From positions 269,345-333,344 of the forward strand of contig BPGW01000002.1 of NCBI GenBank assembly GCA_026003235.1: a stretch of DNA of 64,000 bases, written 5' to 3'. Below the pieces are notes generated by a model that worked only from the letters and a program-made list of their open reading frames with translations, made no database searches and had not been told where the DNA came from. Below are positions 1-8,402 of the stretch, in pieces. The stretch's first letter is position 1; every line of letters begins with the position of its first letter. This stretch comes from Bacteroidia bacterium. GTDB lineage: Bacteria; Bacteroidota; Bacteroidia; SpSt-205. Made by a program: the position numbers and the translations under genes.

Positions 1-502
1 GCCGCCTACGAAAGACCGGGCTGGTGTTGCAGGTGGCTCTTCGCGCAGGGGGGATCCGAGCGAGGTAGGTGATGCCCATGTAAAGGGGGTTTTGCAGGTT
101 GGTGATGGCTGCGTTGCGGCAGCAGCGGGCCCACGCTACGTAATAGCCCGAGGCAGAGACGGGCAGCTCAAGCTGGAAGCGGTAGACCCCTTCTTCCAGG
201 CAGGTGCCCGGCCGCTGAAGAAAGCACGCATCTACGCCTTCAGGATTCCAAGGACCGGCGCTCGTGAGCGAAATGGCCTTTTCCTGGTAAAGCGTGCCAT
301 CGCCGCGAAAAATGTATAGGTAGAGGGGATTGTCGTAGTTGGCGCCTTCGGGGTCGGTGCAATCCCGATAAAGCCACAGCTCAAACTCGTAAGTGTCCGA
401 ACTGGGGGTGTGCTGAAGGCACCGGTAGTACAGGTCTGCGCCAGCGATGTGACGAGCAGGCAGTAGGCCCAGCCCCGCTATCCAAAGAGCGACCTTCCGC
501 AC
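1..502 (-). CDS. Secreted protein, N-terminal part (gene runs off the window start). Resembles the N-terminal domain of large Bacteroidota gliding-motility/T9SS type B cargo proteins
   Basis: Absent from the ORF track because it is truncated by the window edge. My translation from GTG at 500-502 reads VRKVALWIAGLGLLPARHIAGADLYYRCL..YEFELWLYRDCTDPEGANYDNPLYLYIF..YYVAWARCCRNAAITNLQNP. It has a signal-peptide-like start and the YRDC and RCCRN motifs I associate with that family. Confidence 0.45.
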   Translation of the reverse strand, partial: MRKVALWIAGLGLLPARHIAGADLYYRCLQHTPSSDTYEFELWLYRDCTDPEGANYDNPLYLYIFRGDGTLYQEKAISLTSAGPWNPEGVDACFLQRPGTCLEEGVYRFQLELPVSASGYYVAWARCCRNAAITNLQNPLYMGITYLARIPPARRATCNTSPVFRRR

Positions 503-517
503 AGCATAAAGATACGG

Positions 518-2104
518 TTAGATGAGGATATCCAGGGCTTTAGGGGCTTTGTGGGGGTAATCCAGGATGTAGTGCAGGCCGCGGCTTTCTTTGCGCAAGG
601 AGGCGCCTTTGACGATCAGGTAAGCCACCGCGATCAGGTTTCGCAGCTCAAAAAGCGCCCGAGAAGGGTAGGTATGCTGGTAGAAGGCTTCGGTTTCGTC
701 GTAGAGGAGGGCCAGGCGACGGCGCGCCCGCTCCAGACGAAAGCTCGTGCGCACGATCCCCACATAGTTGGACATCAGGCGGCGCACCTCTTCCAGGTTG
801 TGGGTGATCAGGATGTGTTCTTCGGGGTGGTGGGTGCCATGGGGGTCCCAGTCAGGTACTTCTTCGTTGTAGGGGATGTGGGCCAGCAGGGAGGCGGAAT
901 CCTTAGCGGCTCGGCGGGCCACCACCAAAGCTTCCAAGAGCGAGTTAGAAGCCAAGCGATTGGCGCCATGGAGGCCTGTATAGCTGGTCTCGCCTAAGGC
1001 ATACAGGTGGCGAATAGAGGTGCGGCCTACGGGGTCGGTGTCAATGCCCCCCACCATGTAGTGGGCGGCTGGTGCGACAGGAAGGAGGTCTCGGGTAGGG
1101 TCCAGCCCCACTTTTCGGCAGTAGTCGTAGATGGTAGGGAAGCGCTCGGGCAGCTTCTCTACGCTTCGGGCATCCAGGTAGACGTAGGGCAAGCCTGCGA
1201 TTTTGCTTTCGGCGTCAATGGCCCGGGCTACAATATCGCGAGGGGCCAGGTCGCCTTGCGGATGGTACTTGTGGGCAAAGGGCTTGTACTGGCGGGGGTC
1301 CACCAGCGTAGCGCCCGCTCCCCGCAGCGCTTCAGTCAGCAGGAAAGCGGGCCTTTTGCCTGGCTCGTAGAGGGCCGTGGGATGAAACTGGTAAAACTCC
1401 ATGTTGGCGATGCGGGCCTTGGCGCGCAGGGCCATCGCTACCCCGTCTCCTGTGGCGGTGGGAGGGTTGGTGGTCACCTCGTACACATGACCCGCCCCGC
1501 CTGTGGCAAGCACCGTAATGCGCGCCAGAATCGTGTGAATCTCCCCCGTAGCCTCTTCCAGCGCATAGATGCCAAAACAGGTTAGATTCGGGAAACCTCG
1601 GTTGACGTACACGCCTAAGTGGTGCTGGGTAATCAGGTCCAGCGCAAACCAGTAGGGCTTTATCTGGATGCGGGGGTGGTTCTGGGCGGCCTCAAGGAGG
1701 GCTTGGGAGATAGCGGCGCCTGTGGCGTCTCGGCTATGCAAGATACGGGGATGCGAATGCCCTCCTTCCCGGGCTAGGAGCAGCGCACCCGTCTCGTCCC
1801 GGTCAAATTCCACCCCGTATTCCATCAGTTCCTGAATAGCTTCGGGGGCCTCTTGGATCAGGTCGCGCACCACCGCTTCCCGGCAAAGCCCGTCCCCCGC
1901 CTTGAGGGTGTCTTGAATGTGCGCCTCAAAGCTGTCTTCCGACGAAAACACCCCTGCGATGCCCCCCTGGGCATAAAGCGTGTTGCTTTCTTCGGGGCGG
2001 TCTTTGGTCAGGATCAAGACGGTTCCGTGGGCCGCGGCTTTGAGCGCAAAAAACAAGCCCGCTACGCCCGTCCCCACTACCACATAATCCGTGTAAAGGC
2101 GCAC
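518..2104 (-). CDS. nadB: L-aspartate oxidase
   Basis: FAD fold motif VVVGTGVAGL, then LYAQGGIAG, HYMVGGI and YTGLHGANRLASNSLLE. Length about 528 aa. Start set at GTG 2102-2104, which lies 4 nt downstream of a TACATTTG element; the track ORF extends to 2161. Confidence 0.9.
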   Translation of the reverse strand: MRLYTDYVVVGTGVAGLFFALKAAAHGTVLILTKDRPEESNTLYAQGGIAGVFSSEDSFEAHIQDTLKAGDGLCREAVVRDLIQEAPEAIQELMEYGVEFDRDETGALLLAREGGHSHPRILHSRDATGAAISQALLEAAQNHPRIQIKPYWFALDLITQHHLGVYVNRGFPNLTCFGIYALEEATGEIHTILARITVLATGGAGHVYEVTTNPPTATGDGVAMALRAKARIANMEFYQFHPTALYEPGKRPAFLLTEALRGAGATLVDPRQYKPFAHKYHPQGDLAPRDIVARAIDAESKIAGLPYVYLDARSVEKLPERFPTIYDYCRKVGLDPTRDLLPVAPAAHYMVGGIDTDPVGRTSIRHLYALGETSYTGLHGANRLASNSLLEALVVARRAAKDSASLLAHIPYNEEVPDWDPHGTHHPEEHILITHNLEEVRRLMSNYVGIVRTSFRLERARRRLALLYDETEAFYQHTYPSRALFELRNLIAVAYLIVKGASLRKESRGLHYILDYPHKAPKALDILI

Positions 2105-2108
2105 TGGG

Positions 2109-2116
2109 CAAATGTA
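2109..2116 (-). promoter_or_regulatory. Bacteroidetes-type -7 promoter element (TACATTTG on minus strand) for nadB
   Basis: Plus strand reads caaatgta. The element ends 4 nt before GTG 2104. Confidence 0.5.
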
Positions 2117-2138
2117 ACAAAAGCGGAGGCTGGCATTG

Positions 2139-2146
2139 TACCTTTG
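2139..2146 (+). promoter_or_regulatory. Bacteroidetes-type -7 promoter element (TACCTTTG) for aspartate kinase
   Basis: tacctttg is followed by ccgc and then ATG 2151. It is back-to-back with the nadB element. Confidence 0.5.
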
Positions 2147-2150
2147 CCGC

Positions 2151-3416
2151 ATGTGGGTCATGAAGGTGGGGGGGGGCTGCCTGCGGGATGCGCACGGCGT
2201 GCGTCAGCTTGTGGAAGTGCTGGAGCAGGCTTATCCCGACTCTCCCCGCTTGCTTGTGGTTTCCGCCATGGGTAAGACGACGAACGCCCTTTTCCAACTT
2301 GCTGAGGCCGCAGGCCGCGGGGATGTGGAGCACAGCCGGGCCGTGTACGAGGAAATCCTGCGTTTTCACCGCACGGTGGTAGAAGCGCTTTTTCCCTCTG
2401 CAGGGGCTGAAGCCCTCTGGTCTTATTTGGCGCAGCGGTACTGGACCCCTCTCTGGCAGCGCGCCCAAGCCCTCGTTCACCTTTCCGAGGAAGTGGGTCC
2501 CGCCACCGACGCCGTCCTTGTGTACGGTGAGCTGGTGAGCAGCGAAATCGTACGGGCCTTTCTGGAGAAGGAGGGCTTTCCGGCTCAGTGGATGGATGCG
2601 CGGCGCCTTCTCATCACCGATGGGAGCTATCCGGAGCCCTCTGTGCTGTGGGCACCCAGCCAAGCCGGTGTAGACGCCCAGCTGGTGCCCCTCTTTCGCA
2701 CGCATAAGCTTGTGATCACGCAAGGGTACATTGCTTCGGACCTGCGGCGGCGCAGCGTCACCCTGGGCAGAGAAGGATCGGACTATTCCGCCGCCCTTTT
2801 TGCGGCTATGCTTCGGGCGCAGGGCCTGATCGCTTGGAAGGATGTGGGGCGCTTGTACTCGGCTGACCCTCGAACCTACCCCGACGCCGTACCCCTTGCC
2901 CAGCTTAGCTACGCCCAGGCCGCAGAAATGACCTACTACGGCGCCCAGGTGCTGCACCCTCGCTCGCTCAAGCCCCTACGCGATGCCAAAATACCCCTTT
3001 ATGTACGCTCTTACTTTGAGCCCCAGGCCGAAGGAACCCTCATCACCGACAAAGACGCCCCCAACCTTCCCCCTATCCGAACCCAGCGGCGAGACCTGGT
3101 GCTGATAGAAGTGAAAAGCGAAAGCCTTCAGCCGCTGGCGCTGGATGAGCTTCTCGAAGGCCTGACTTCGGAAGGGCTGGAGGTGTTTTTCATGCAGGGT
3201 GGGCTCCTCAAGGCCGCCTTTGCCGTCAAGGGCCCCTACGAAGCGGTAGAACGCTGGAAAGCCAGCCTTTCTCCCTCCTGCACCGTCCAACTGCGCCAGC
3301 CCGTGCAGCTTTATACCTTGCTTTATCCGGACGCCACGGTCTCCTTGCCCAACGGCGAAGCCCTCTATTTTCAGCGTCTGCCTGACCGCCTCCACTGGAT
3401 TGCGTATGAGGGCTAA
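2151..3416 (+). CDS. Aspartate kinase (monofunctional)
   Basis: N-terminus (MWV)MKVGGGCL..LLVVSAMGKTTNAL is the aspartokinase amino-acid kinase fold, with an ACT-like C-terminal half. The start could be ATG 2151 or ATG 2160. Confidence 0.85.
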   Translation: MWVMKVGGGCLRDAHGVRQLVEVLEQAYPDSPRLLVVSAMGKTTNALFQLAEAAGRGDVEHSRAVYEEILRFHRTVVEALFPSAGAEALWSYLAQRYWTPLWQRAQALVHLSEEVGPATDAVLVYGELVSSEIVRAFLEKEGFPAQWMDARRLLITDGSYPEPSVLWAPSQAGVDAQLVPLFRTHKLVITQGYIASDLRRRSVTLGREGSDYSAALFAAMLRAQGLIAWKDVGRLYSADPRTYPDAVPLAQLSYAQAAEMTYYGAQVLHPRSLKPLRDAKIPLYVRSYFEPQAEGTLITDKDAPNLPPIRTQRRDLVLIEVKSESLQPLALDELLEGLTSEGLEVFFMQGGLLKAAFAVKGPYEAVERWKASLSPSCTVQLRQPVQLYTLLYPDATVSLPNGEALYFQRLPDRLHWIAYEG

Positions 3417-4785
3417 AAAGGCGGGGGTAGGGCTGAATCTGGCCTTGGTATGGGCCCAGGTTATCCTGCCTCCTTTCCCACCGCAGGGCGTGCGCTGGAT
3501 CTCGCTGGGCGAGTTTTTGCGCGCGGTGTCTCAGCAGGCCCTTACGATTCAGCAGGCGGCCCTCCAACTTCGGCCAGCGGAGTGGGACGCCTTCCAGGCT
3601 CGCTTCAACTTTTTGCCTTCTCTCTCGGCCAGCGCCAGCGCCACACAGAATTACGGCACCACCTTTGACCCGTTTGCTTTCTCGCGCGTGCAGCAGACGA
3701 CGACTTTCAGTTCGGCTTCCGTCGGGGCGAACTGGGTTTTATTTGCGGGTCTGGCCAACCACTACCTCCTAAAGCAAGCGCGGGCCAATGCGGCCGCTGT
3801 CCGTGCTTCGCTGCGCCGAGTCCAAGCCGAGGTGCTCACGCAAGCCCTTACGCAGTTCAGTCAGACGCTGGCCGATTCGGTGGCGCTTGTGCTGGCTCAG
3901 CAGCGCCTGGAGCGGCTTCGTGACCAGCTTGCTCGGGTGCGCCTCCAGCTGGAAGCCGGACAAGCCCTCCTTTCGGATAGCCTTTCCTTAGCCGCGCAGC
4001 TGGCCCGAGAAGAGGCCCAGTACCTCCAGCTCTTCAACCGCCACCGGGAAAACAAGCTCCTCCTCCTTCAGCTGATGGGGGAGGAGGAAGTTTCCCCCGA
4101 CTCGGTGGAATTTTACCTGGGCCTGCAGGTGCCGGACCTGGGCCTTCTGTCGGAAAAGGAAGCGATTCAGTTGGCCCTGGCTTCGGCCCCAGAGCTGGAA
4201 GAAGCCCGCTGGCGCCTCCTCCTCCAAGCGTATGCCCTCAAAACGGCCCGGGCAGGCTATTTCCCCACCCTTGCCCTGAATGCCTCCATCCAAACCAACT
4301 ACTCCTCCAACGCGGGTAACATTCGTTTTGACCCGGTGCTGGGCTTGGTGCGGGAGCCTTTGCCGTTTGACCGGCAGATTCGGGACAACGTCAATCAGTC
4401 GGTGAGCCTTTCGCTATCGGTTCCGATTTTTCGGCAGTTTCGGCAGCGGGCGCAGGTGGTTCGGGCCGAAGCTTCGGTGGAGAATGCCAGCCTGCAGGAG
4501 CGGCTACAGCGCCAGCAGGTGGTTCGGCGCACCCAGCAGGCTTACTTGGCTTGGCAAAATGCCCTGGCCCAAGAACAGGCCCTTCAGCGAAGCGTGGAAG
4601 CCGCAGAAAGGGCTTACCACCAAACCCGCCTCCAATACGAAGCGGGAAGGCTCTCCTACTGGCAGTTCCGAGAAGCGCTTTTGGCTTATTCCCAGGCGCA
4701 GGCCGAACTGGCCCAAGCCCAGATGGACCGGCGCCTGCGAGAGCTGCTGTTAGGGGCGTACATCGGTAAGTTTCGCGAGTTATGA
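3406..4785 (+). CDS. TolC-family outer membrane efflux protein
   Basis: About 460 aa with a signal peptide and two long Q/A/L/R-rich coiled-coil repeats typical of OEP/TolC. Its stop overlaps the start of the HlyD gene (ATGA). Confidence 0.75.
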   Translation: MRAKKAGVGLNLALVWAQVILPPFPPQGVRWISLGEFLRAVSQQALTIQQAALQLRPAEWDAFQARFNFLPSLSASASATQNYGTTFDPFAFSRVQQTTTFSSASVGANWVLFAGLANHYLLKQARANAAAVRASLRRVQAEVLTQALTQFSQTLADSVALVLAQQRLERLRDQLARVRLQLEAGQALLSDSLSLAAQLAREEAQYLQLFNRHRENKLLLLQLMGEEEVSPDSVEFYLGLQVPDLGLLSEKEAIQLALASAPELEEARWRLLLQAYALKTARAGYFPTLALNASIQTNYSSNAGNIRFDPVLGLVREPLPFDRQIRDNVNQSVSLSLSVPIFRQFRQRAQVVRAEASVENASLQERLQRQQVVRRTQQAYLAWQNALAQEQALQRSVEAAERAYHQTRLQYEAGRLSYWQFREALLAYSQAQAELAQAQMDRRLRELLLGAYIGKFREL

Positions 4786-6032
4786 AGTACTGGCGATGGA
4801 TAGGAGTAGGCGTTGGGGGGCTATTGCTGCTGTGGGTGGCAGGAAGGTGGGTGCTAAAGGCAAGGAACGGCGTGCCTGTGGAAGTGGACACGGTGCGGCG
4901 CCAAACCCTGCGCCCCTTCATTACTGAGACGGCGGTGATCCGCCCGGCGGTGGAGGTGCCGATTAGCCCCGACGTCTCGGGCGAAGTGGTCCACATCTAT
5001 GTGAAGGAAGGGGATTATGTGCGGGCTGGCCAGGTGCTTTTTACGATTCGCCCTGACAACTACCGCACGGCGCTGCTTCAGATTCAGGCGGCGGTTCAAG
5101 AGGCGCGGGCTCAGTACGCCGCAGCGCAGGCCAGCCTGGCCCAGCAGCGCGCCCTTTTCCTGCAGGATTCCCTGGCCTACCAGCGAGCCAAAAAGCTCTA
5201 CGAAGGGCAAGCCCTCTCGGAAGCCGAGTGGGATGCCGCCCGCTTCCGGTATCTTACAGCGCAGTCGCAGCTTCGCAGCGCAGAAAGCAGCTTGCAGGCC
5301 GCTTACTACCGCATTCGCAGCGCAGAGGCTAATTTGGCCCGGGCTCAGCTGGATTACCAGCGTACGTCGGTTTACGCTTCCATGGATGGGGTAGTCACTC
5401 GGCTCTTGGTCAAGGTTGGCCAGCGGGTGGTGGGCGTGGGCCAAATGGCTGGCACCGAAAGCGTCCGAATTGCGGACTTCAGCCGGTTCATTGCGGAAGT
5501 GCAAGTCTCCGAAAACGACGTGGTGCGCTTGCATGTGGGCGATTCCGCCGTGGTGGAAGTGCAGGCTTACCCTGACCTGAAGCTCCGAGGCCGAGTAGAG
5601 GAAATCGGCTACAGCTCAGGCAAGGCCGCTTCGTCAGCCAGCGAAGCCGCCGCTTCTCTGGGGGGGGAGCAAGTCAGCACCTACCTCGTGCGCATCGCCT
5701 TAGACACGGCCCAGCACGACCAAAACCGCTATCCCCTCCGCCCCGATATGAGCGCCGTCGTGCGAATCTTTTATACCGTCCGGCAGAACGTCCTGGCGAT
5801 TCCCCTGCAGAGCGTTGTATCGCGAGAAGGCAAGGAAAGGGTCTTCGTGGTGGAGAAAAACCTGGCTCGGGAGCGACCGGTCAAGACCGGCGTAACCGCC
5901 GACGACCTGGTTGAGGTGCTTGAAGGGCTGGAGGCAGGCCAAGTGGTGGTCACGGGTCCTTACGAGGTGCTTCAGGAGCGCTTGCGCGACAGCACCCGAG
6001 TGGAACCCCAGCCTTCCCGCGTTGCCTTATGA
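4782..6032 (+). CDS. HlyD-family efflux periplasmic adaptor (membrane fusion protein)
   Basis: N-terminal TM segment, a lipoyl-like motif (VKEGDYVRAGQVLFTI), a long coiled-coil hairpin and a beta-barrel C-terminus. Translationally coupled to the TolC-like gene. Confidence 0.8.
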   Translation: MKYWRWIGVGVGGLLLLWVAGRWVLKARNGVPVEVDTVRRQTLRPFITETAVIRPAVEVPISPDVSGEVVHIYVKEGDYVRAGQVLFTIRPDNYRTALLQIQAAVQEARAQYAAAQASLAQQRALFLQDSLAYQRAKKLYEGQALSEAEWDAARFRYLTAQSQLRSAESSLQAAYYRIRSAEANLARAQLDYQRTSVYASMDGVVTRLLVKVGQRVVGVGQMAGTESVRIADFSRFIAEVQVSENDVVRLHVGDSAVVEVQAYPDLKLRGRVEEIGYSSGKAASSASEAAASLGGEQVSTYLVRIALDTAQHDQNRYPLRPDMSAVVRIFYTVRQNVLAIPLQSVVSREGKERVFVVEKNLARERPVKTGVTADDLVEVLEGLEAGQVVVTGPYEVLQERLRDSTRVEPQPSRVAL

Positions 6033-6985
6033 GGGTAGCCCTTATCGGCGGGGGCAGTTGGGGGTGCGCCTTGGCTCGGCTGATTTTGAAGAAAGGGCAC
6101 CTTCTGCGATGGTGGGTCCATGCGGAGGACATAGCCCGCAACCTCCAAGAAAAGAGACAACACCCCTTCCTTTTCCCCGAGGTCGTCTTTCCTGAAATAC
6201 CCTGGGTGGGCACGAGCATCCAACAGGCTCTGGAAGAGGTGGATGCTTGTGTGTTGGCCCTGCCTGCCCGGCATATTGAAGCGGTGCTGGGGGGCCTGCC
6301 TGAACTGCCAGGGTTCTGGATCTCTTGCACCAAGGGGCTGGTGCTGGGAGCGCTTATCCAGCGGCCAAGTCAGTACCTACGAGCCAAAGGGGCCGAGGTG
6401 GCTGTACTCAGTGGGCCCAGCCACGCGGAGGAAGTCATTCAAGACCGCCCTACTTGGGTGGCTTTCGCCACCTCAAAGCCCGAACTCTACGAAGTCGGAG
6501 AAACCCTTTTTGGGCAGCCTACCTTCCGGCTTTTGCCTACCCCTTTCCTGAATGCGCTGGAATGGGTGGGCATCCTCAAAAACCTCTACGCCATCTTGCT
6601 GGGGGTGGTCAGCACGTGGGGAGAAAACGCACGCGCCGCTTTGGCCGCTGTGGTCCTGGCCGAAATGCAGGAGGTTCTCCGTGCCCTTGTTCCAGAGGAG
6701 TCCCCGCCTTTTCTTTCGCCGGGATGGGCGGGGGATGTTTTGGTCACGGCCTTCAGCATGTACAGCCGGAACCAGCGCTTTGGCCAGCTTTTGGGGCAGG
6801 GCTACGCTCCCCAAGCCGCCCTCCATAAGGTAGGCATGGTGGTGGAGGGCTACTACGCTGCCCAGGGCTTGCAAGCGTGGCCACGCCAATCGGAATTTCC
6901 CCTGCTTGCTGCGGTGCTCCAAGTGCTGGCTGGCCAACGCCCTCCGACCAGCCTGCGGGAAGCCGTGACTCTCGCACTAAGGTAG
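6029..6985 (+). CDS. gpsA: NAD(P)H-dependent glycerol-3-phosphate dehydrogenase
   Basis: MRVALIGGGSWGCALA Rossmann start, SGPSHAEEV and NQRFG motifs. About 318 aa. Confidence 0.85.
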   Translation: MRVALIGGGSWGCALARLILKKGHLLRWWVHAEDIARNLQEKRQHPFLFPEVVFPEIPWVGTSIQQALEEVDACVLALPARHIEAVLGGLPELPGFWISCTKGLVLGALIQRPSQYLRAKGAEVAVLSGPSHAEEVIQDRPTWVAFATSKPELYEVGETLFGQPTFRLLPTPFLNALEWVGILKNLYAILLGVVSTWGENARAALAAVVLAEMQEVLRALVPEESPPFLSPGWAGDVLVTAFSMYSRNQRFGQLLGQGYAPQAALHKVGMVVEGYYAAQGLQAWPRQSEFPLLAAVLQVLAGQRPPTSLREAVTLALR

Positions 6986-7002
6986 TTTTTGTACCTTGGG
7001 GG

Positions 7003-7815
7003 GTGTCTTGGCTGACCGAAGCTGATTCGCCTTATCCCGCCATAGAGGAGTTGGATACCTGCTCGCTGCTCTATGCCATGAACGACGAAGATGCGCAAGT
7101 GCCGAAGGCTGTACGGACGGCTATCCCGTCTATAGCGGCCTTTGTGGAGGCGCTGGTGCCTCGCATGGCTAAGGGAGGCCGTCTTATCTATGTGGGGAGC
7201 GGCACCAGCGGGCGTTTGGGGGTGCTGGACGCCGCCGAATGCCCCCCTACCTTTGGGGCGGCCCCTGACCAAGTCATAGGCCTGATTGCAGGGGGGCAAG
7301 CCGCCCTCCTCGGACCCGTGGAAGCCGCAGAAGACGACGAAGAAGCCGCTGTCACGGATCTGGAGCGGATCCGCCTCACTTCGCAGGATGCGGTGTTTGC
7401 TATCAGCGCCAGCGGCCGAACCCCCTACGTTTTGGCGGCTGCGCGGCATGCCCGCAGCCAAGGAGCACTCACCGGCGCCTTCTCCGCTACACCAGAGGCC
7501 CCCCTCCTTTCGCTCGTGGAATATCCAGTTCTCGTCGTGACAGGCCCAGAAATTCTCACGGGCAGCACCCGCCTCAAAGCCGGCACCGCCACCAAGCTCG
7601 TTCTCAATATGATCTCCACCGCCACCTTCACGCGGCTGGGCCATGTGCAGCGCAGCCGCATGATTGACCTTCAGCTGGTGAATAAAAAGCTCTGGCAACG
7701 GGCTCTGCGTTACCTCCAGGAGGCGACTGGCCTACCCCTTGCCCAGGCTGAGGCCCTCCTGAAGAGGGCAGGTAGCCTTCGCAAGGCCCTTGAGCTGGCC
7801 CGAAACGACTCGTGA
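7003..7815 (+). CDS. murQ: N-acetylmuramic acid 6-phosphate etherase
   Basis: SIS domain motifs GSGTSGRLGVLDAAECPPTFG and TGSTRLKAGTATKLVLNMIST. Start moved to GTG 7003 because the track ORF start at 6877 overlaps gpsA. Confidence 0.85.
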   Translation: MSWLTEADSPYPAIEELDTCSLLYAMNDEDAQVPKAVRTAIPSIAAFVEALVPRMAKGGRLIYVGSGTSGRLGVLDAAECPPTFGAAPDQVIGLIAGGQAALLGPVEAAEDDEEAAVTDLERIRLTSQDAVFAISASGRTPYVLAAARHARSQGALTGAFSATPEAPLLSLVEYPVLVVTGPEILTGSTRLKAGTATKLVLNMISTATFTRLGHVQRSRMIDLQLVNKKLWQRALRYLQEATGLPLAQAEALLKRAGSLRKALELARNDS

Positions 7816-8402
7816 TGCACCATCTGGGGCATGTCTTCCTTGCTGTGGGGCCACCTCCCTTCCAATTTGGGGCGTTCATTGCGGATGGGGTGCGTGGGGC
7901 CGCCTTCCACGCCCTTCCCCCCGCTGTGCAGGCTGGGGTGGCCTTTCACCGCTGGGTGGACTGGCAGACAGACCGGCACGCCGCCTTCCGAGCTGCCAGG
8001 GCCCTCTTGCGCCCCTACGCTGGGCGCTATGCCGGCCTCATCGTGGACCTGTGGCTGGACGTGACCCTGGGCCGCCATTGGGGCACCTTTCTGCCCGAAG
8101 AGCCCCTCCCCACCTTTGCAGAGCGCTTTGTGCGCGAAACGATTCGGCCTTGGCGAGCTTACGCCCCTTCCTCCTGGGGGCCTCTCCTCCAAGCGCTTGA
8201 GGAAGAAAACCTCCTGGAGCGGTTTGGCTCCCCCGAGGGCATGAAAGCCCACCTCCTTCGGTTCATAGCCCGCCGAGGCCTGCCCTTACAGCCCCACCAA
8301 GTCCTGGAAGGCCTTCAGCGCCACGCCGAGGAACTGGAAGAGCTGCTTACGGCTTTCTGGAACGAAGCGCACCAGTGGCGCCGATGGGGGCCTACAGAAT
8401 AA
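7812..8402 (+). CDS. acpH: Acyl carrier protein phosphodiesterase (AcpH/DUF479 family)
   Basis: HLGHVFLA..FIADGVRG..GVAFHRWVDWQTDRH..DVTLGRHW is collinear with the E. coli AcpH pattern (NFLAHLHLA..ADFVRG..H..ID..TD). Confidence 0.7.
   Translation: MMHHLGHVFLAVGPPPFQFGAFIADGVRGAAFHALPPAVQAGVAFHRWVDWQTDRHAAFRAARALLRPYAGRYAGLIVDLWLDVTLGRHWGTFLPEEPLPTFAERFVRETIRPWRAYAPSSWGPLLQALEEENLLERFGSPEGMKAHLLRFIARRGLPLQPHQVLEGLQRHAEELEELLTAFWNEAHQWRRWGPTE

Noticed and set aside
1926-2957. A 343-aa minus-strand ORF antisense to the aspartate kinase and nadB 5' ends.
   Set aside because: It overlaps two well-supported genes. Its composition is low-complexity and R/G/P/A-rich, typical of spurious antisense ORFs in high-GC DNA.
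6877-7002. The long N-terminal extension of murQ, using the track start at 6877.
   Set aside because: It overlaps the 3' end of gpsA in another frame, and the residues are non-homologous and P/G/S-rich. GTG 7003 follows a TACCTTGG element, and the conserved MurQ N-terminus begins there.
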